From NCBI GenBank assembly GCA_041688835.1, contig JBDNHJ010000047.1, positions 334 to 64,333 of the forward strand: a DNA stretch of 64,000 bases, written 5' to 3'. The notes beneath the pieces were generated by a model. It did not search any database. It saw only the letters and a list, made by a program, of their open reading frames with translations, and was not told where the DNA came from. Shown piece by piece: positions 1 to 9,654 of this stretch (the stretch's first letter is position 1; each line of letters starts with the position of its first letter). The translations under genes and the position numbers were made by a program. Source of the DNA: Fuerstiella sp. (GTDB lineage: Bacteria > Planctomycetota > Planctomycetia > Planctomycetales > Planctomycetaceae).

Positions 1-25
1 CACGGTTGGGCGATTGAAAACGTCG

Positions 26-910
26 CTACGGTTCGAAGCCGGCAACCTGCAGGGCGAGTTCGTAGATTTCTTGAGTGTCCAGAATCTTGTCGCTGGATTC
101 AAACAAGCTGGCGATGGCCTGTTTGTGAACCTTCATTTTGGTGCCGCCGACCCCGAGAGCTCCGAAGCCCATGGTGCCGTTGTGTTCCGCCCCTTTGTCA
201 GTCACTGCGATGTCGGCGATGCCCACGGGCGGAACCGCGTTGAGGTCGATGGCGACGGCGAGGTCTGGCAGCTTTGCCAGCGAGCCTTCCGGAAGAAAGC
301 ACACGCCTGCCGCTCCGGCGGCGATCACCAATTGTTTGCCTTGGCACAGGGCCAAGGTTTGCTGTTCCGACGCTGCCCCGGCACCTGTGAGCCGACATTC
401 TGGCATTCTGTCGGCGATGTCAGCCGCAATAGCTTCGCACGCGGAATCGGCGCGGTCTTTCGATCGTGAGACCAGTGTGACCTGGCTGCCTTCTAAGGCC
501 AGCAGTTCGGCGACGCGCTGACCAACGGGCCCCGTTCCGCCTAGCACAACAGCCGATATTTCGGCCAGATTTAAGTGCTGCTTGGCCGCCACGACAGCGG
601 CGGCGGCCGTGGTGTTGCAACCGTTGGCATCCATCATCACGGACACGCGCATCGGCCCGAAAAACGTCGATATGATTTGCTTGGTCAACGCTTCGCCGTC
701 GGTCACGTTGCTGCCACCCACAAAGATGGCGGTGTTCTTTAAGCTGCCGGGACCGCGCGTAAACATGGCTCCATGAACGAGGCCCGTGACGTTACCCGGA
801 TTGACATCGCCGTAGCTGAACAGTTCATCAACACCAGCATCCACAGCGACAACGCGGTCAAAAGTGCTGGGATGCGAATCGGTATCAAATTGAATCAGGA
901 TCTTTTTCAT
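26..910 (-). CDS. mtdC: NAD(P)-dependent methylene-H4MPT/H4F dehydrogenase (MtdA/MtdC family)
   Basis: N-terminal 'KILIQFDTDSHPSTFDRVVAVDAG...GAMFTRG', 'DANGCNTTAAAAV', Rossmann motif 'LGGTGPVG' and 'IDLNAVPPVGI' are characteristic of the Mtd family; the planctomycete member is usually called MtdC. Confidence 0.88.
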   Translation of the reverse strand: MKKILIQFDTDSHPSTFDRVVAVDAGVDELFSYGDVNPGNVTGLVHGAMFTRGPGSLKNTAIFVGGSNVTDGEALTKQIISTFFGPMRVSVMMDANGCNTTAAAAVVAAKQHLNLAEISAVVLGGTGPVGQRVAELLALEGSQVTLVSRSKDRADSACEAIAADIADRMPECRLTGAGAASEQQTLALCQGKQLVIAAGAAGVCFLPEGSLAKLPDLAVAIDLNAVPPVGIADIAVTDKGAEHNGTMGFGALGVGGTKMKVHKQAIASLFESSDKILDTQEIYELALQVAGFEP

Positions 911-937
911 CGTCGTCGGTCAGATTCCAGTCAAGTG

Positions 938-1738
938 TTATTCGGCCGGTGGGCGTTCTCGTGTGCGGCGTTTATTTTGGATGGCGCGACGGTAATCAGC
1001 GAACACATGTTCTGCAAGCAACGTCGATTCAGCGGCCAGTTCATCCACGCGATTCCGAAAAATCGCAAACGCCGCCAGTGCCGGCACGGCGACACCCAGC
1101 CCCAGCAACGTTGTGACGAGGGCTCGGTAGATTCCGGGAGCCAATTCGGAAACCTGCGGGTTGGCTTTTTGCTCGAACTCCATGAACGCGGTAATCATGC
1201 CCCACACGGTTCCCATCAAACCCAGCATCGGAGCGATCGTGCCCAAGACAGACAGATACTCAATCCGCCGAAACAGCCGCGCCGACTGCTCGACGGCCGA
1301 ATCTTCCATCGCTTTTTCAACCGCCTGATAGCCGCCGCCCGTTTCTTCTAGGCCCGCGTGCAGCACGCTGCCCAGAAAACTGGTGTGTTCGACGCATTTC
1401 GATTTGCCGTCTTCGATATTTCGTTCTGCCAGACAGCGATGAATTTCTTCGGCCAGTCCGGGAGGCATCAGCGTTGATCGGCGAATGTTCATCACGTGGT
1501 CCGCGATTAACGCCACCATGATTAAGCTCATCAGCACAATCAGATAGCCCACGGCACCACCGGCTTTCAGCATGGCTTGCAGGCTGAGTCCACTGGCGGC
1601 GGGTTCGTTAATGATGACATTGCCGCCGTCCGCTGCCTGCCAAGCACTCACGGGAGTTGCTTGCCAGGCGATCAACAGAGTCACCAGAACAGTGAACGTT
1701 TGCCGCGCCAATCGCCTGTGTTTAGTTGCCGATTCCAT
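938..1738 (-). CDS. MotA/TolQ/ExbB proton channel family protein
   Basis: 'LSVLGTIAPMLGLMGTVWGMI' and 'GIYRALVTTLLGLGVAVPA' are conserved ExbB/TolQ TM motifs; signal-peptide-like N-terminus. Confidence 0.9.
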   Translation of the reverse strand: MESATKHRRLARQTFTVLVTLLIAWQATPVSAWQAADGGNVIINEPAASGLSLQAMLKAGGAVGYLIVLMSLIMVALIADHVMNIRRSTLMPPGLAEEIHRCLAERNIEDGKSKCVEHTSFLGSVLHAGLEETGGGYQAVEKAMEDSAVEQSARLFRRIEYLSVLGTIAPMLGLMGTVWGMITAFMEFEQKANPQVSELAPGIYRALVTTLLGLGVAVPALAAFAIFRNRVDELAAESTLLAEHVFADYRRAIQNKRRTRERPPAE

Positions 1739-2008
1739 TTCGCCCTGATTTCTGCCGAGTTTTTCGTCACATTGGCAACACTGCCGTCCTGAGCAGTGGG
1801 GAGTGTAAGCTGTCAGCCGTCTGGCGTGAATCCGGCATTCCGGACTTCTGACGGTTTGCCCGACCGCTGCGGGCTAGTACGATAACAGCTTGTGCTGGCG
1901 ATGTGCGGCAGATTGACGTTTCTCAGGCCGCCGCCAGACATCTGATGCTTCTAAAACGAAATGGTTTTCCCCACCCAAACTGTCTGACCGCCTGTTGGAG
2001 AGATTCTT

Positions 2009-2515
2009 ATGACGAAATTGACTTGTCGCTCAGCCGTGTTGCTGTGTGCGACCCTGTGTGCTGCAAATGCCTGTGCCGTAAATCCTGTCGAAGACACTGC
2101 CGCTGATCAACAGCAGCGGGAAGCGACATTCGAAGAGGCCATGGCGAACACGATTTTGACGGGAGTCTTCACTGTCGACGGCAAGTTAGATGCGGCCCCG
2201 AAAGCAGAAAGCTACGAAATCGAAAGCGTCAAAAAGTTGGGCGGTGGCATCTGGACCTTTACGACGCGCGTCAAATACGGCGATGTCGATGTGAAATTGC
2301 CAATCAATGTTCCCGTGATCTGGGCGGGAGACACGCCCATGGTGTCTTTAACCAACGCTTCGATTCCCGGCATGGGCGAAGGATTTTCTGCTCGAGTTAT
2401 CTTTTACGACAATCGATACGCGGGCACGTGGCAGCATGGAAAAAAAGGCGGGCATATGTACGGCACGATTGCGAAGAACAAGGTCGCGAACAAGGCAGAA
2501 CCGACGACCGAGTAA
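2009..2515 (+). CDS. secreted hypothetical protein (beta-rich)
   Basis: 168-aa ORF with GGAGA RBS upstream, signal peptide and ordinary globular composition. Confidence 0.75.
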   Translation: MTKLTCRSAVLLCATLCAANACAVNPVEDTAADQQQREATFEEAMANTILTGVFTVDGKLDAAPKAESYEIESVKKLGGGIWTFTTRVKYGDVDVKLPINVPVIWAGDTPMVSLTNASIPGMGEGFSARVIFYDNRYAGTWQHGKKGGHMYGTIAKNKVANKAEPTTE

Positions 2516-2553
2516 TCGCCGTCTGCTGCGAATGGCCTGCCAGTCTTGTGTTT

Positions 2554-2637
2554 AGCCCGGAGCGGCGACACATCCTGTGCCGGTGGCGTGAGCCACCGGA
2601 ACCCAAAATAGAAGTTCAAAGGCCGGAGGCCGACACA
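2554..2637. repeat. intergenic REP-like composite element (family C, copy 1)
   Basis: AGCCCGGAGCGGCGACACA - hairpin CCGGTGGC/GCCACCGG - AGGCCGGAGGCCGACACA; same layout as 30177-30258. Confidence 0.55.
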
Positions 2638-2717
2638 AGCAAACGGCTCGCTAGAATAAATTTTCCGCTTACAGCTAAACACCCCGATGATTCTCCCAAA
2701 GGACAGAAGACGTTTCT

Positions 2718-4016
2718 ATGAAGACTCTCATTCGCGGCGCTGAAGTCGTTTTTCCGGATCGCGTTGCAGCGGTCAATGTGTTGATCGAAGACGGTACCAT
2801 CATCGACTGCGACGCAGCCGCAGATGTTTCGGTCGACGAAGTCATTGATGCAGCGGGTATGCATTTGATTCCGGGTGCCATTGATGACCAAGTGCATTTT
2901 CGCGACCCCGGACTCACTCATAAGGAAGACCTGCACACCGGCAGTCGCGGTTGTGCAAAGGGCGGCATCACGACCTTCCTGGAAATGCCAAACACCAAGC
3001 CGGCCACGATCACACTCGACGCACTCGAAGAAAAACTGGCCGTCGCCGCTCAAAAGTGCATGGTGAATTTTGGATTCTATATCGGAGCCACACCAGACAA
3101 CGTCGACGTGCTGAAGTCTGCTCAACGCACGCCCGGCATCAAGATCTTTATCGGCTCCAGCACCGGAAACCTGCTGGTCGATCAACAGGACGCGCTGGAG
3201 CGAATCTTCGGTCAAACCGATCTTCCGATTTGTGCGCACTGCGAAGACGAAGCCACCGTGATTGCCAATGCAGAGCGAATCGGAGGCGGTTCGAAGTTTT
3301 CCGACCACAGCCTCGTTCGTGATCACAATGCGGCGTTGATCGCCACAAAGCGAGCTGTGGATCTGGCGGATCGCCATCACCATCGCTTTCATGTGTTGCA
3401 TGTTTCGACAGCGGCAGAAGTGGAATTCCTGAGAACCAGCAGCGATCTGATTACCGCCGAAGCCTGTCCGCATCACCTGTTCTTTAATGTGCATGATTAC
3501 GATCGTCTGGGATCGCTGATTCAGATGAATCCGTCGATCAAAAACCCAGAGGACAATGCTGCGTTGTGGGACGGATTGTTGGACGGCACCATTCAGGTGA
3601 TCGCCACAGATCATGCACCACACACGCTGGAAGAGAAAGCTCAACAGTACCCGAATTCGCCGTCCGGACTGCCGGCTGTGGAAAATTCCATGGCCTTGAT
3701 GCTGAATGAAGTCAATCGAGGTCGGTGTACGCTGCAGCAGGTGGTGTCGTGGATGTGCGAAGCTCCGGCCAAAGTGTGGAGCATCAACAACAAAGGGCGG
3801 ATTGCGACCGGCTACGATGCTGATCTCGTGTTGGTCGACATGACCCGCCAGCGGGAAATCCGAAATCAGGATCAAGTCACCAAGTCAGGCTGGTCGCCGT
3901 GGCACGGAGTCACACTGCAAGGCTGGCCGATCAGAACCATTGTCGGTGGCAAAACGGTCTACAACGATGGAGTCTTCGACGAATCAGTCCGCGGAACCGA
4001 AGCCACATATCGATAA
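2718..4016 (+). CDS. pyrC: dihydroorotase (cyclic amidohydrolase)
   Basis: '[10 protein letters not shown]', '[12 protein letters not shown]', 'AHCED', 'HVLHVST', 'ATDHAPH' amidohydrolase motifs. Confidence 0.85.
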   Translation: MKTLIRGAEVVFPDRVAAVNVLIEDGTIIDCDAAADVSVDEVIDAAGMHLIPGAIDDQVHFRDPGLTHKEDLHTGSRGCAKGGITTFLEMPNTKPATITLDALEEKLAVAAQKCMVNFGFYIGATPDNVDVLKSAQRTPGIKIFIGSSTGNLLVDQQDALERIFGQTDLPICAHCEDEATVIANAERIGGGSKFSDHSLVRDHNAALIATKRAVDLADRHHHRFHVLHVSTAAEVEFLRTSSDLITAEACPHHLFFNVHDYDRLGSLIQMNPSIKNPEDNAALWDGLLDGTIQVIATDHAPHTLEEKAQQYPNSPSGLPAVENSMALMLNEVNRGRCTLQQVVSWMCEAPAKVWSINNKGRIATGYDADLVLVDMTRQREIRNQDQVTKSGWSPWHGVTLQGWPIRTIVGGKTVYNDGVFDESVRGTEATYR

Positions 4017-4054
4017 TCCACCAAAATTTCAATCTTCAATCTTCAAAGCGTCCC

Positions 4055-6250
4055 ATGAAAAACATGCTCCTCCTGCTGCCCGTGCTGCTACTGGCTGGAA
4101 AGCTACATGCTGCGGAACGTCCGAACATCGTCTTCTTTTTCACAGACGATCAAACTACCAGCACGATTGGCTGTTACGGTAACCACTTGATTCAAACGCC
4201 CAACATCGATTCGCTGGCAGCGCGAGGAACGCGCTTCGACAACGCGTGTGTCAGCCATTCGATTTGCTGGGTCAGCCGCACCACAATTTTATCCGGCCTT
4301 GTCGGGCGCAGTTACGGGACACCAGACAATCCAGACCAAGCTCGGCCGGACGCGGTTGAGCAACTGTATTCGGACATCCTACGCGACACGGGTTACCGCA
4401 CCGGTTACTTCGGTAAGTGGCATGCCAAGATGCCGAAAGGATACAAGCAGTCAGACCATTTTGATGAATTCGAAGCCATCGGTCGCAACCCGTTTTATAA
4501 AAATCAGCCAGACGGAAGTTTGCGACACGAAACCGAAGTGATCGTCGATCGTGGCATCGACTTCGTGAAGCGTCAACCGCAGGACAAACCGTTTGCTCTG
4601 AACATGTGGTTCAATGCGTGCCACGCAGAAGACAGCGATCGCCGTCCCGGAATCGGCGCGTTTCCTTGGCCGCGAGCGGTCGATGGCATGTACGATGATG
4701 TCTATATGCTGCCACCCAAACTGAACGATCCCGCGATCTTTGCAGCACTCCCCGATTTTTTGCAAACCACCATCAACCGCGAACGCTATTTTTGGCGTTG
4801 GAACACGGATGAACGCTATCAGACAAACATGCGCGCCTACTATCGCATGGTGAGTGGTATCGATGGTGCCATCGGACGATTTCTGAAGGCTCTGGAAGAA
4901 GCGGGGCTGGCAGACAACACGATCATCGTGTATTCGGCAGACAACGGGTACCACATGGGAAATCGCGGACTGGCCGGTAAGTGGTCGCACTTTGAAGAAT
5001 CGTTGCGTGTGCCACTGATCGTGTACGATCCTCGAGTTCCCGCCGACCAGCGTGGCAAAGTGTCAGACGCGGCTGCGTTGAACGTTGACCTGCCAGCCAC
5101 GTTTTTGGATTTCGCCGGCGCGGAAATTCCAGAACGCTATCAAGGACACAGCTTGCAGCCGATCGTCGCTGGCGACAAGCCGCAGGACTGGCGAACGGAA
5201 ACGTTTCATGAACACTTCGCGGTCCGAAATCGAATTCCGGCCTTCGAAGGACTTCGCAACGCAAATTACAAATATGTGCGCTACTTCGATCATGGTCACC
5301 ACGAATTTCTGCACGATCTCAAGACCGATCCCGACGAACTGATCAACCTCGCTGCCGATCCCGCCCATGCGGAAACACTGGCCGCCATGCGACAACGAAC
5401 AACGGCTCAAGTGCAGGCCTATGGCGGGCCGCTGGATCCATTGCAGGGCAAATTTACGGCGTCGACCGTGGCTTATCCTGAGGCTGCTGCAAATGTCGGT
5501 GCGTCGCTGGACGCGGAAGGGTTTGTCCGTGTATTCGATGGCAAAACACTGCGTCGCTGGTCTGGCGATTCCAAGTATTGGTCCGTCCAAGATGGTGCCT
5601 TAACGGGTGTGACAGATGGAACGTTAAAGGCCAATCAGTTCATCACTTGGATGGATCACACGGTTCGCAACTTTGATCTGCGAGCCAAAGTGAAAGTAAC
5701 GAAAGGCGGCAACAGCGGTCTGCAGTATCGCGGCAAGTCTCGACCAGATCTGGGCCTCGACATCGTCACCGGCTATCAGTGCGATGTCGTGGCCGACAAT
5801 GCCAATTACAACGGGATGCTGTACGAAGAAAAAGGTCGCCGGATTTTATCACACACCGGCGAAAAAGTAATCATCGACGAAGCGGGCCAACCGTGGGTGG
5901 TGGGCACCATGCCAGTGAAAGAATTCGCCGCCGACGAATGGCACGATTACCGGGTCTTGGTGCAGGGAAATCATCATCAGCACTGGATCGATGGTCACCC
6001 CACAGCAGATCTGATTGACCTCGACGAAAAAGGTCGAGCGTTAGAAGGCGTGCTGGCGGTGCAGGTTCACGTGGGTCCGGCCATGAAGATTCAGTACAAA
6101 GATTTTCAGATCAAGCATCTGCCGGATCACTTGCCGCTGCAAACGGCGAAAGACGTTTCCATTGCAGCGGATGCCTATGGAGTCCGGCCTCAAGGGCGAT
6201 TGCCAAAGGGTTGGAAAGCACCAATCTACGGGCAACCGTTGGCACCGTAG
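4055..6250 (+). CDS. secreted FGly-type sulfatase with C-terminal DUF1080 (3-keto-disaccharide hydrolase-like) domain
   Basis: Signal peptide from ATG 4055, 'RPNIVFFFTDDQ', 'SICWVSR', 'GYRTGYFGKWH', 'SADNG'; C-terminal 'GGNSGLQYRG...GYQCD...EWHDYRV' DUF1080 pattern. Confidence 0.9.
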   Translation: MKNMLLLLPVLLLAGKLHAAERPNIVFFFTDDQTTSTIGCYGNHLIQTPNIDSLAARGTRFDNACVSHSICWVSRTTILSGLVGRSYGTPDNPDQARPDAVEQLYSDILRDTGYRTGYFGKWHAKMPKGYKQSDHFDEFEAIGRNPFYKNQPDGSLRHETEVIVDRGIDFVKRQPQDKPFALNMWFNACHAEDSDRRPGIGAFPWPRAVDGMYDDVYMLPPKLNDPAIFAALPDFLQTTINRERYFWRWNTDERYQTNMRAYYRMVSGIDGAIGRFLKALEEAGLADNTIIVYSADNGYHMGNRGLAGKWSHFEESLRVPLIVYDPRVPADQRGKVSDAAALNVDLPATFLDFAGAEIPERYQGHSLQPIVAGDKPQDWRTETFHEHFAVRNRIPAFEGLRNANYKYVRYFDHGHHEFLHDLKTDPDELINLAADPAHAETLAAMRQRTTAQVQAYGGPLDPLQGKFTASTVAYPEAAANVGASLDAEGFVRVFDGKTLRRWSGDSKYWSVQDGALTGVTDGTLKANQFITWMDHTVRNFDLRAKVKVTKGGNSGLQYRGKSRPDLGLDIVTGYQCDVVADNANYNGMLYEEKGRRILSHTGEKVIIDEAGQPWVVGTMPVKEFAADEWHDYRVLVQGNHHQHWIDGHPTADLIDLDEKGRALEGVLAVQVHVGPAMKIQYKDFQIKHLPDHLPLQTAKDVSIAADAYGVRPQGRLPKGWKAPIYGQPLAP

Positions 6251-6263
6251 CGATGGTTGGCAG

Positions 6264-6339
6264 AGGGACGGGAGTCTTTTTCGGATGAGACCATTTCTGA
6301 TTCTGTGACAGCGACGGCTGAAAAAGACTCCCAGCCCCT
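6264..6339. repeat. intergenic inverted repeat (REP-like / possible terminator)
   Basis: Arms AGGGACGGGAGTCTTTTTC and GAAAAAGACTCCCAGCCCCT flank a ~37-nt spacer just after the sulfatase stop. Confidence 0.7.
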
Positions 6340-6416
6340 GTTGTCCTTTGGTTTTTGTCCTGTGATTTTTGTCCTGTGGTTTGGTGATTGTGCGTTCGTG
6401 TCAGCGGGACGGGTTT

Positions 6417-7043
6417 ATGAAATACAAAGTCGTCCTATGGGATTTCGACGGCACTTTGGCAGACACGCTGACTCTGGCACTCGGCATCTACAACCGAATG
6501 GCGGCTGAAAAGAATTTCAAGCCCATTGACGATCCGCATGCCGTTCGAGACATGGGGATGCGTGAGTTTTTGAAATCGCACCGGGTGCCGTTGCGTAAAA
6601 TCCCGTTCGCATTTTCGACGTTTCTGACCGAACTTCGGTCGATGGCGGCAGACATTGCTCTGCATGACGGCATCGACCAAGCGTTGCAACACATTTCTGC
6701 TGGCGGCATCCGGCAAGGTGTGGTGTCGTCCAATAGCACAGACACAATTCGGCAATGCCTCGCTGCGAATCACGTCGAAGGCTATTTCGACCACATCAGC
6801 GGCATCACCAGAATCTTCGGTAAGGAAAAACGCATCACGAAAGCACTGCGCGCGCTGAATGTACCGCCGCAAGAGGCGATCTACGTCGGCGACGAAATTC
6901 GTGACATCGAAGCCGCTCGCCATGCAGGGCTCGACGTTGCAGCCGTCACGTGGGGGCTGAACTCCGCGACAGCACTCAGCCAGCACAACCCCACACATGT
7001 GATTTCCAGCCCTGCCGAATTGCTGACGATTCTGGAAAAGTAA
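6417..7043 (+). CDS. HAD-superfamily hydrolase (phosphoglycolate phosphatase-like)
   Basis: Motif I 'WDFDGTLADT', 'VVSSN', motif IV 'YVGDEIRDIEAA', 'VTWG'. Confidence 0.92.
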   Translation: MKYKVVLWDFDGTLADTLTLALGIYNRMAAEKNFKPIDDPHAVRDMGMREFLKSHRVPLRKIPFAFSTFLTELRSMAADIALHDGIDQALQHISAGGIRQGVVSSNSTDTIRQCLAANHVEGYFDHISGITRIFGKEKRITKALRALNVPPQEAIYVGDEIRDIEAARHAGLDVAAVTWGLNSATALSQHNPTHVISSPAELLTILEK

Positions 7044-7634
7044 GCGGCTTGAATCTGGCTGAATCGGGTAAAGACCGGCCTCGCTGAATCTGAATTCGAC
7101 GTGACTGCTGGTCTCATCATCCGGGCCGCTTCGGGTTTGCGTTTGCGACCGCTTCGATTGCGGCTTCAAGCGGACATGGCTGATTCATATCGATTGTGAT
7201 GTTCTGCGAAGGTGAGGATTGAATTGCCGCGCAGATGGTGTGGCTGGCGACAACTGGTTTGCCCGAATCCGTAGCGCGAGTCATTCAGGATCGCCGATTC
7301 TTTGACTACCAGTGCGGCGCACCGTCCTGCCCGGCGTAACGTTATCCAAAACATTCCGGCGGACGTGGCTTGTTGTAAACACTCAAATTGCCGATGCTCA
7401 GTCCCCCCCCCCTGCCCCACGCTCAAGACGACGCGATCGCAGGCTGAATCCGATCGATTACGCAGGCCGGTGTGCCGTTTCTGATTCAGCCACGCTGCTG
7501 AAAGCCATGGCCATGCCAGCACGGCGCCGATTCGCTGTTGTGGCAAAATGCGGAAAATACGTTAGATTCAACATACCATCGCGGACGTATTTGCCGTAAA
7601 TTCGAAGATCGACATTTGGATCGTTCTTCCCGAA

Positions 7635-9509
7635 GTGTCAGTGATGGTGATACGGAGTTTATGGTCAGCACTGCTTCAATCGCTGCTTTGCTCAACGTCT
7701 TCGCTGCTTCAGGAGTGTCAAGTGTCGTTCTTTTTTGATTCACATCGGTCAACATGGCTGGCCGCCGCCGTTTCCAATCGTCGAGCTCGACATCACAGGC
7801 GTGGCACCTGTCTGCAGTCGGTGGAAGGACTGGAACAGCGACGACTGCTGGTGTTTAACATTCAGCTGAACTACAGCCTAGATACCTCAGGCTTTTTTGC
7901 TGATTCCGTGCGTCGAGCCACGCTTGAACAAGCGGCTGTCGATCTGAAAGCTCGTATCGCAGACGATCTGGCGGCAATCCGACCGGAAGATGTCAACACT
8001 TGGTCGATTTCTTTTGACCATCCGGCAACAGGCCAGCGACATACCATTCAGAACCCCGTGATTCCGGCGAATACAATTATTGTGTACGTGGGAGCTCGCC
8101 CCTTTTTAGACCGTATTGCGGATGGCGGTGCCGGCGGATTTGATGCTCGAGGAACGGCCGAATGGCTGGACCTGATCGAAGGTCGCGGAGAACCGGGTGT
8201 CATCCGCAACAGCAATGCTGATACCGATACAGCGTTATGGGGCGGACGTCTGGCGTTTGATTCCACCACCACGTGGAACTTCAGCATGGATCCACCCGGC
8301 CCCGGAGAAAACGATTTCTATTCTGTGGCCGTGCATGAACTGGCGCACACTTTAGGAGTCAGTCCCGCAGCGGACAGTTATCGGCGCCTACTGAATTCCG
8401 CCGGTCAGTTTATCGGCACGACAGCGCAGGCAAGCTTTGGCGGACCAATTCCAATGTTTCCGGATTCAGCTCACTTCGCCCGCGGCACCATGAGCCGCAT
8501 TGCGGGCTCCAACAATTCCCAAGAAGCGCTCATGGATCCAGATGTCTCCGTGGGCACGCGCAAGTTCATGACCGAACTGGACTGGGCGGTTCTGGACGAC
8601 ATTGGCTGGGATATCACCCCACTGCCTGCACCTCGAAATCCCACACCGCGCCCGGATACTTTCACAATTCGAGTTGACGGAAGACCATTTACCGGAAACG
8701 TGCTGGTCGATAACGGTAACGGAGCAGACACAGATCCCGATGGAGATGCACTCACAGTCAGCACCACGGTTCAGGAAGGCCCAGGCAAAGGAACTGTGGT
8801 TCTGAACGCTAACGGAAACTTCACATACACTCCGAATACCGATGCAACCGGCACCGATTCTTTTGTGTATGCCGTGACCGACACACTGGGCGGTCAGGCC
8901 ACAGCCACTGTGACATTAATTCTGGGGACTGGCACAACATTTGATTTTGATATCGACAACAATCAATTATTGAATCCATTTCAGGATGCGACGCTGATCT
9001 TTGCTTGGATGTCGGCCGGAACGCCCAACGACACCTTTGACCGTTTCATCGATTCATCCGGCCAAAGAAGCACCGCAGTCGATGTCAAAGCCTATCTGGA
9101 TGCACACGCAGACGTGCTGGACATGGACGGCAATGGGCAGCTGAATCCGTTTCAGGATGCCGTTCTGGTGTTCGCTCTACTATCAAGCGGAACTCCGGAC
9201 GTTACCCTGCAACGCCTGATCGGTACAGGTGCGGCCAGTGATCGCGACACGCCTGGCGAAATCAGGAACTATTTTGCCACACTGCAAGGTCAAACGGCGT
9301 CCGACTCGCCCGCAACAACCGCCACAGTCTTTGCTGCCGCCGCTCAACTGCCGGTGTCGGCCGCAGTTAAAAGTGATTCGCCCGACCCGTTTCACTGGCT
9401 GCACACCGATGCCGACGTGCCGCAACTGCCGCTCATGGAAACAGACTCGGACCAATTGTTCATGAGCGACAGCCCACAAACAATCTGGCAGGATCTTCTG
9501 AAACTTTAA
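7635..9509 (+). CDS. secreted zinc metallopeptidase (matrixin-like) with Ig/cadherin-like domain and duplicated dockerin-like C-terminal repeat; start uncertain
   Basis: Planctomycete export motif '[10 protein letters not shown]'; zincin motif 'HELAHTLG'; '[11 protein letters not shown]...GNFTYTP...GTDSFVY'; two 'D[IM]D.N..LNPFQDA.L[IV]FA' repeats. Confidence 0.8.
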   Translation: MSVMVIRSLWSALLQSLLCSTSSLLQECQVSFFFDSHRSTWLAAAVSNRRARHHRRGTCLQSVEGLEQRRLLVFNIQLNYSLDTSGFFADSVRRATLEQAAVDLKARIADDLAAIRPEDVNTWSISFDHPATGQRHTIQNPVIPANTIIVYVGARPFLDRIADGGAGGFDARGTAEWLDLIEGRGEPGVIRNSNADTDTALWGGRLAFDSTTTWNFSMDPPGPGENDFYSVAVHELAHTLGVSPAADSYRRLLNSAGQFIGTTAQASFGGPIPMFPDSAHFARGTMSRIAGSNNSQEALMDPDVSVGTRKFMTELDWAVLDDIGWDITPLPAPRNPTPRPDTFTIRVDGRPFTGNVLVDNGNGADTDPDGDALTVSTTVQEGPGKGTVVLNANGNFTYTPNTDATGTDSFVYAVTDTLGGQATATVTLILGTGTTFDFDIDNNQLLNPFQDATLIFAWMSAGTPNDTFDRFIDSSGQRSTAVDVKAYLDAHADVLDMDGNGQLNPFQDAVLVFALLSSGTPDVTLQRLIGTGAASDRDTPGEIRNYFATLQGQTASDSPATTATVFAAAAQLPVSAAVKSDSPDPFHWLHTDADVPQLPLMETDSDQLFMSDSPQTIWQDLLKL

Positions 9510-9654
9510 GGAACCTACGATACCTGCTCTGCTGACCGTCACCTGTAGATCGCAGCCTCATTCCGATTGGAAGACCTGCCGTGATGCCCTGCACCACGGC
9601 AGCCCTGAAGAAAGTGTATTCCGGCTCCCACCTGACCAGCGTCGTTCTGCGGAA

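Noticed and set aside
2616-3875. 419-aa minus-strand ORF and similar long antisense ORFs (e.g. 10351-11343, 26217-27140, 36970-37719)
   Set aside because: Shadow frames of well-supported genes in GC-rich DNA with no motifs of their own
7044-7634. C10 tract at ~7403, weak sigma54-like site at ~7503-7519 and small ORFs
   Set aside because: No credible gene is tied to them, so phase variation or promoter function cannot be supported
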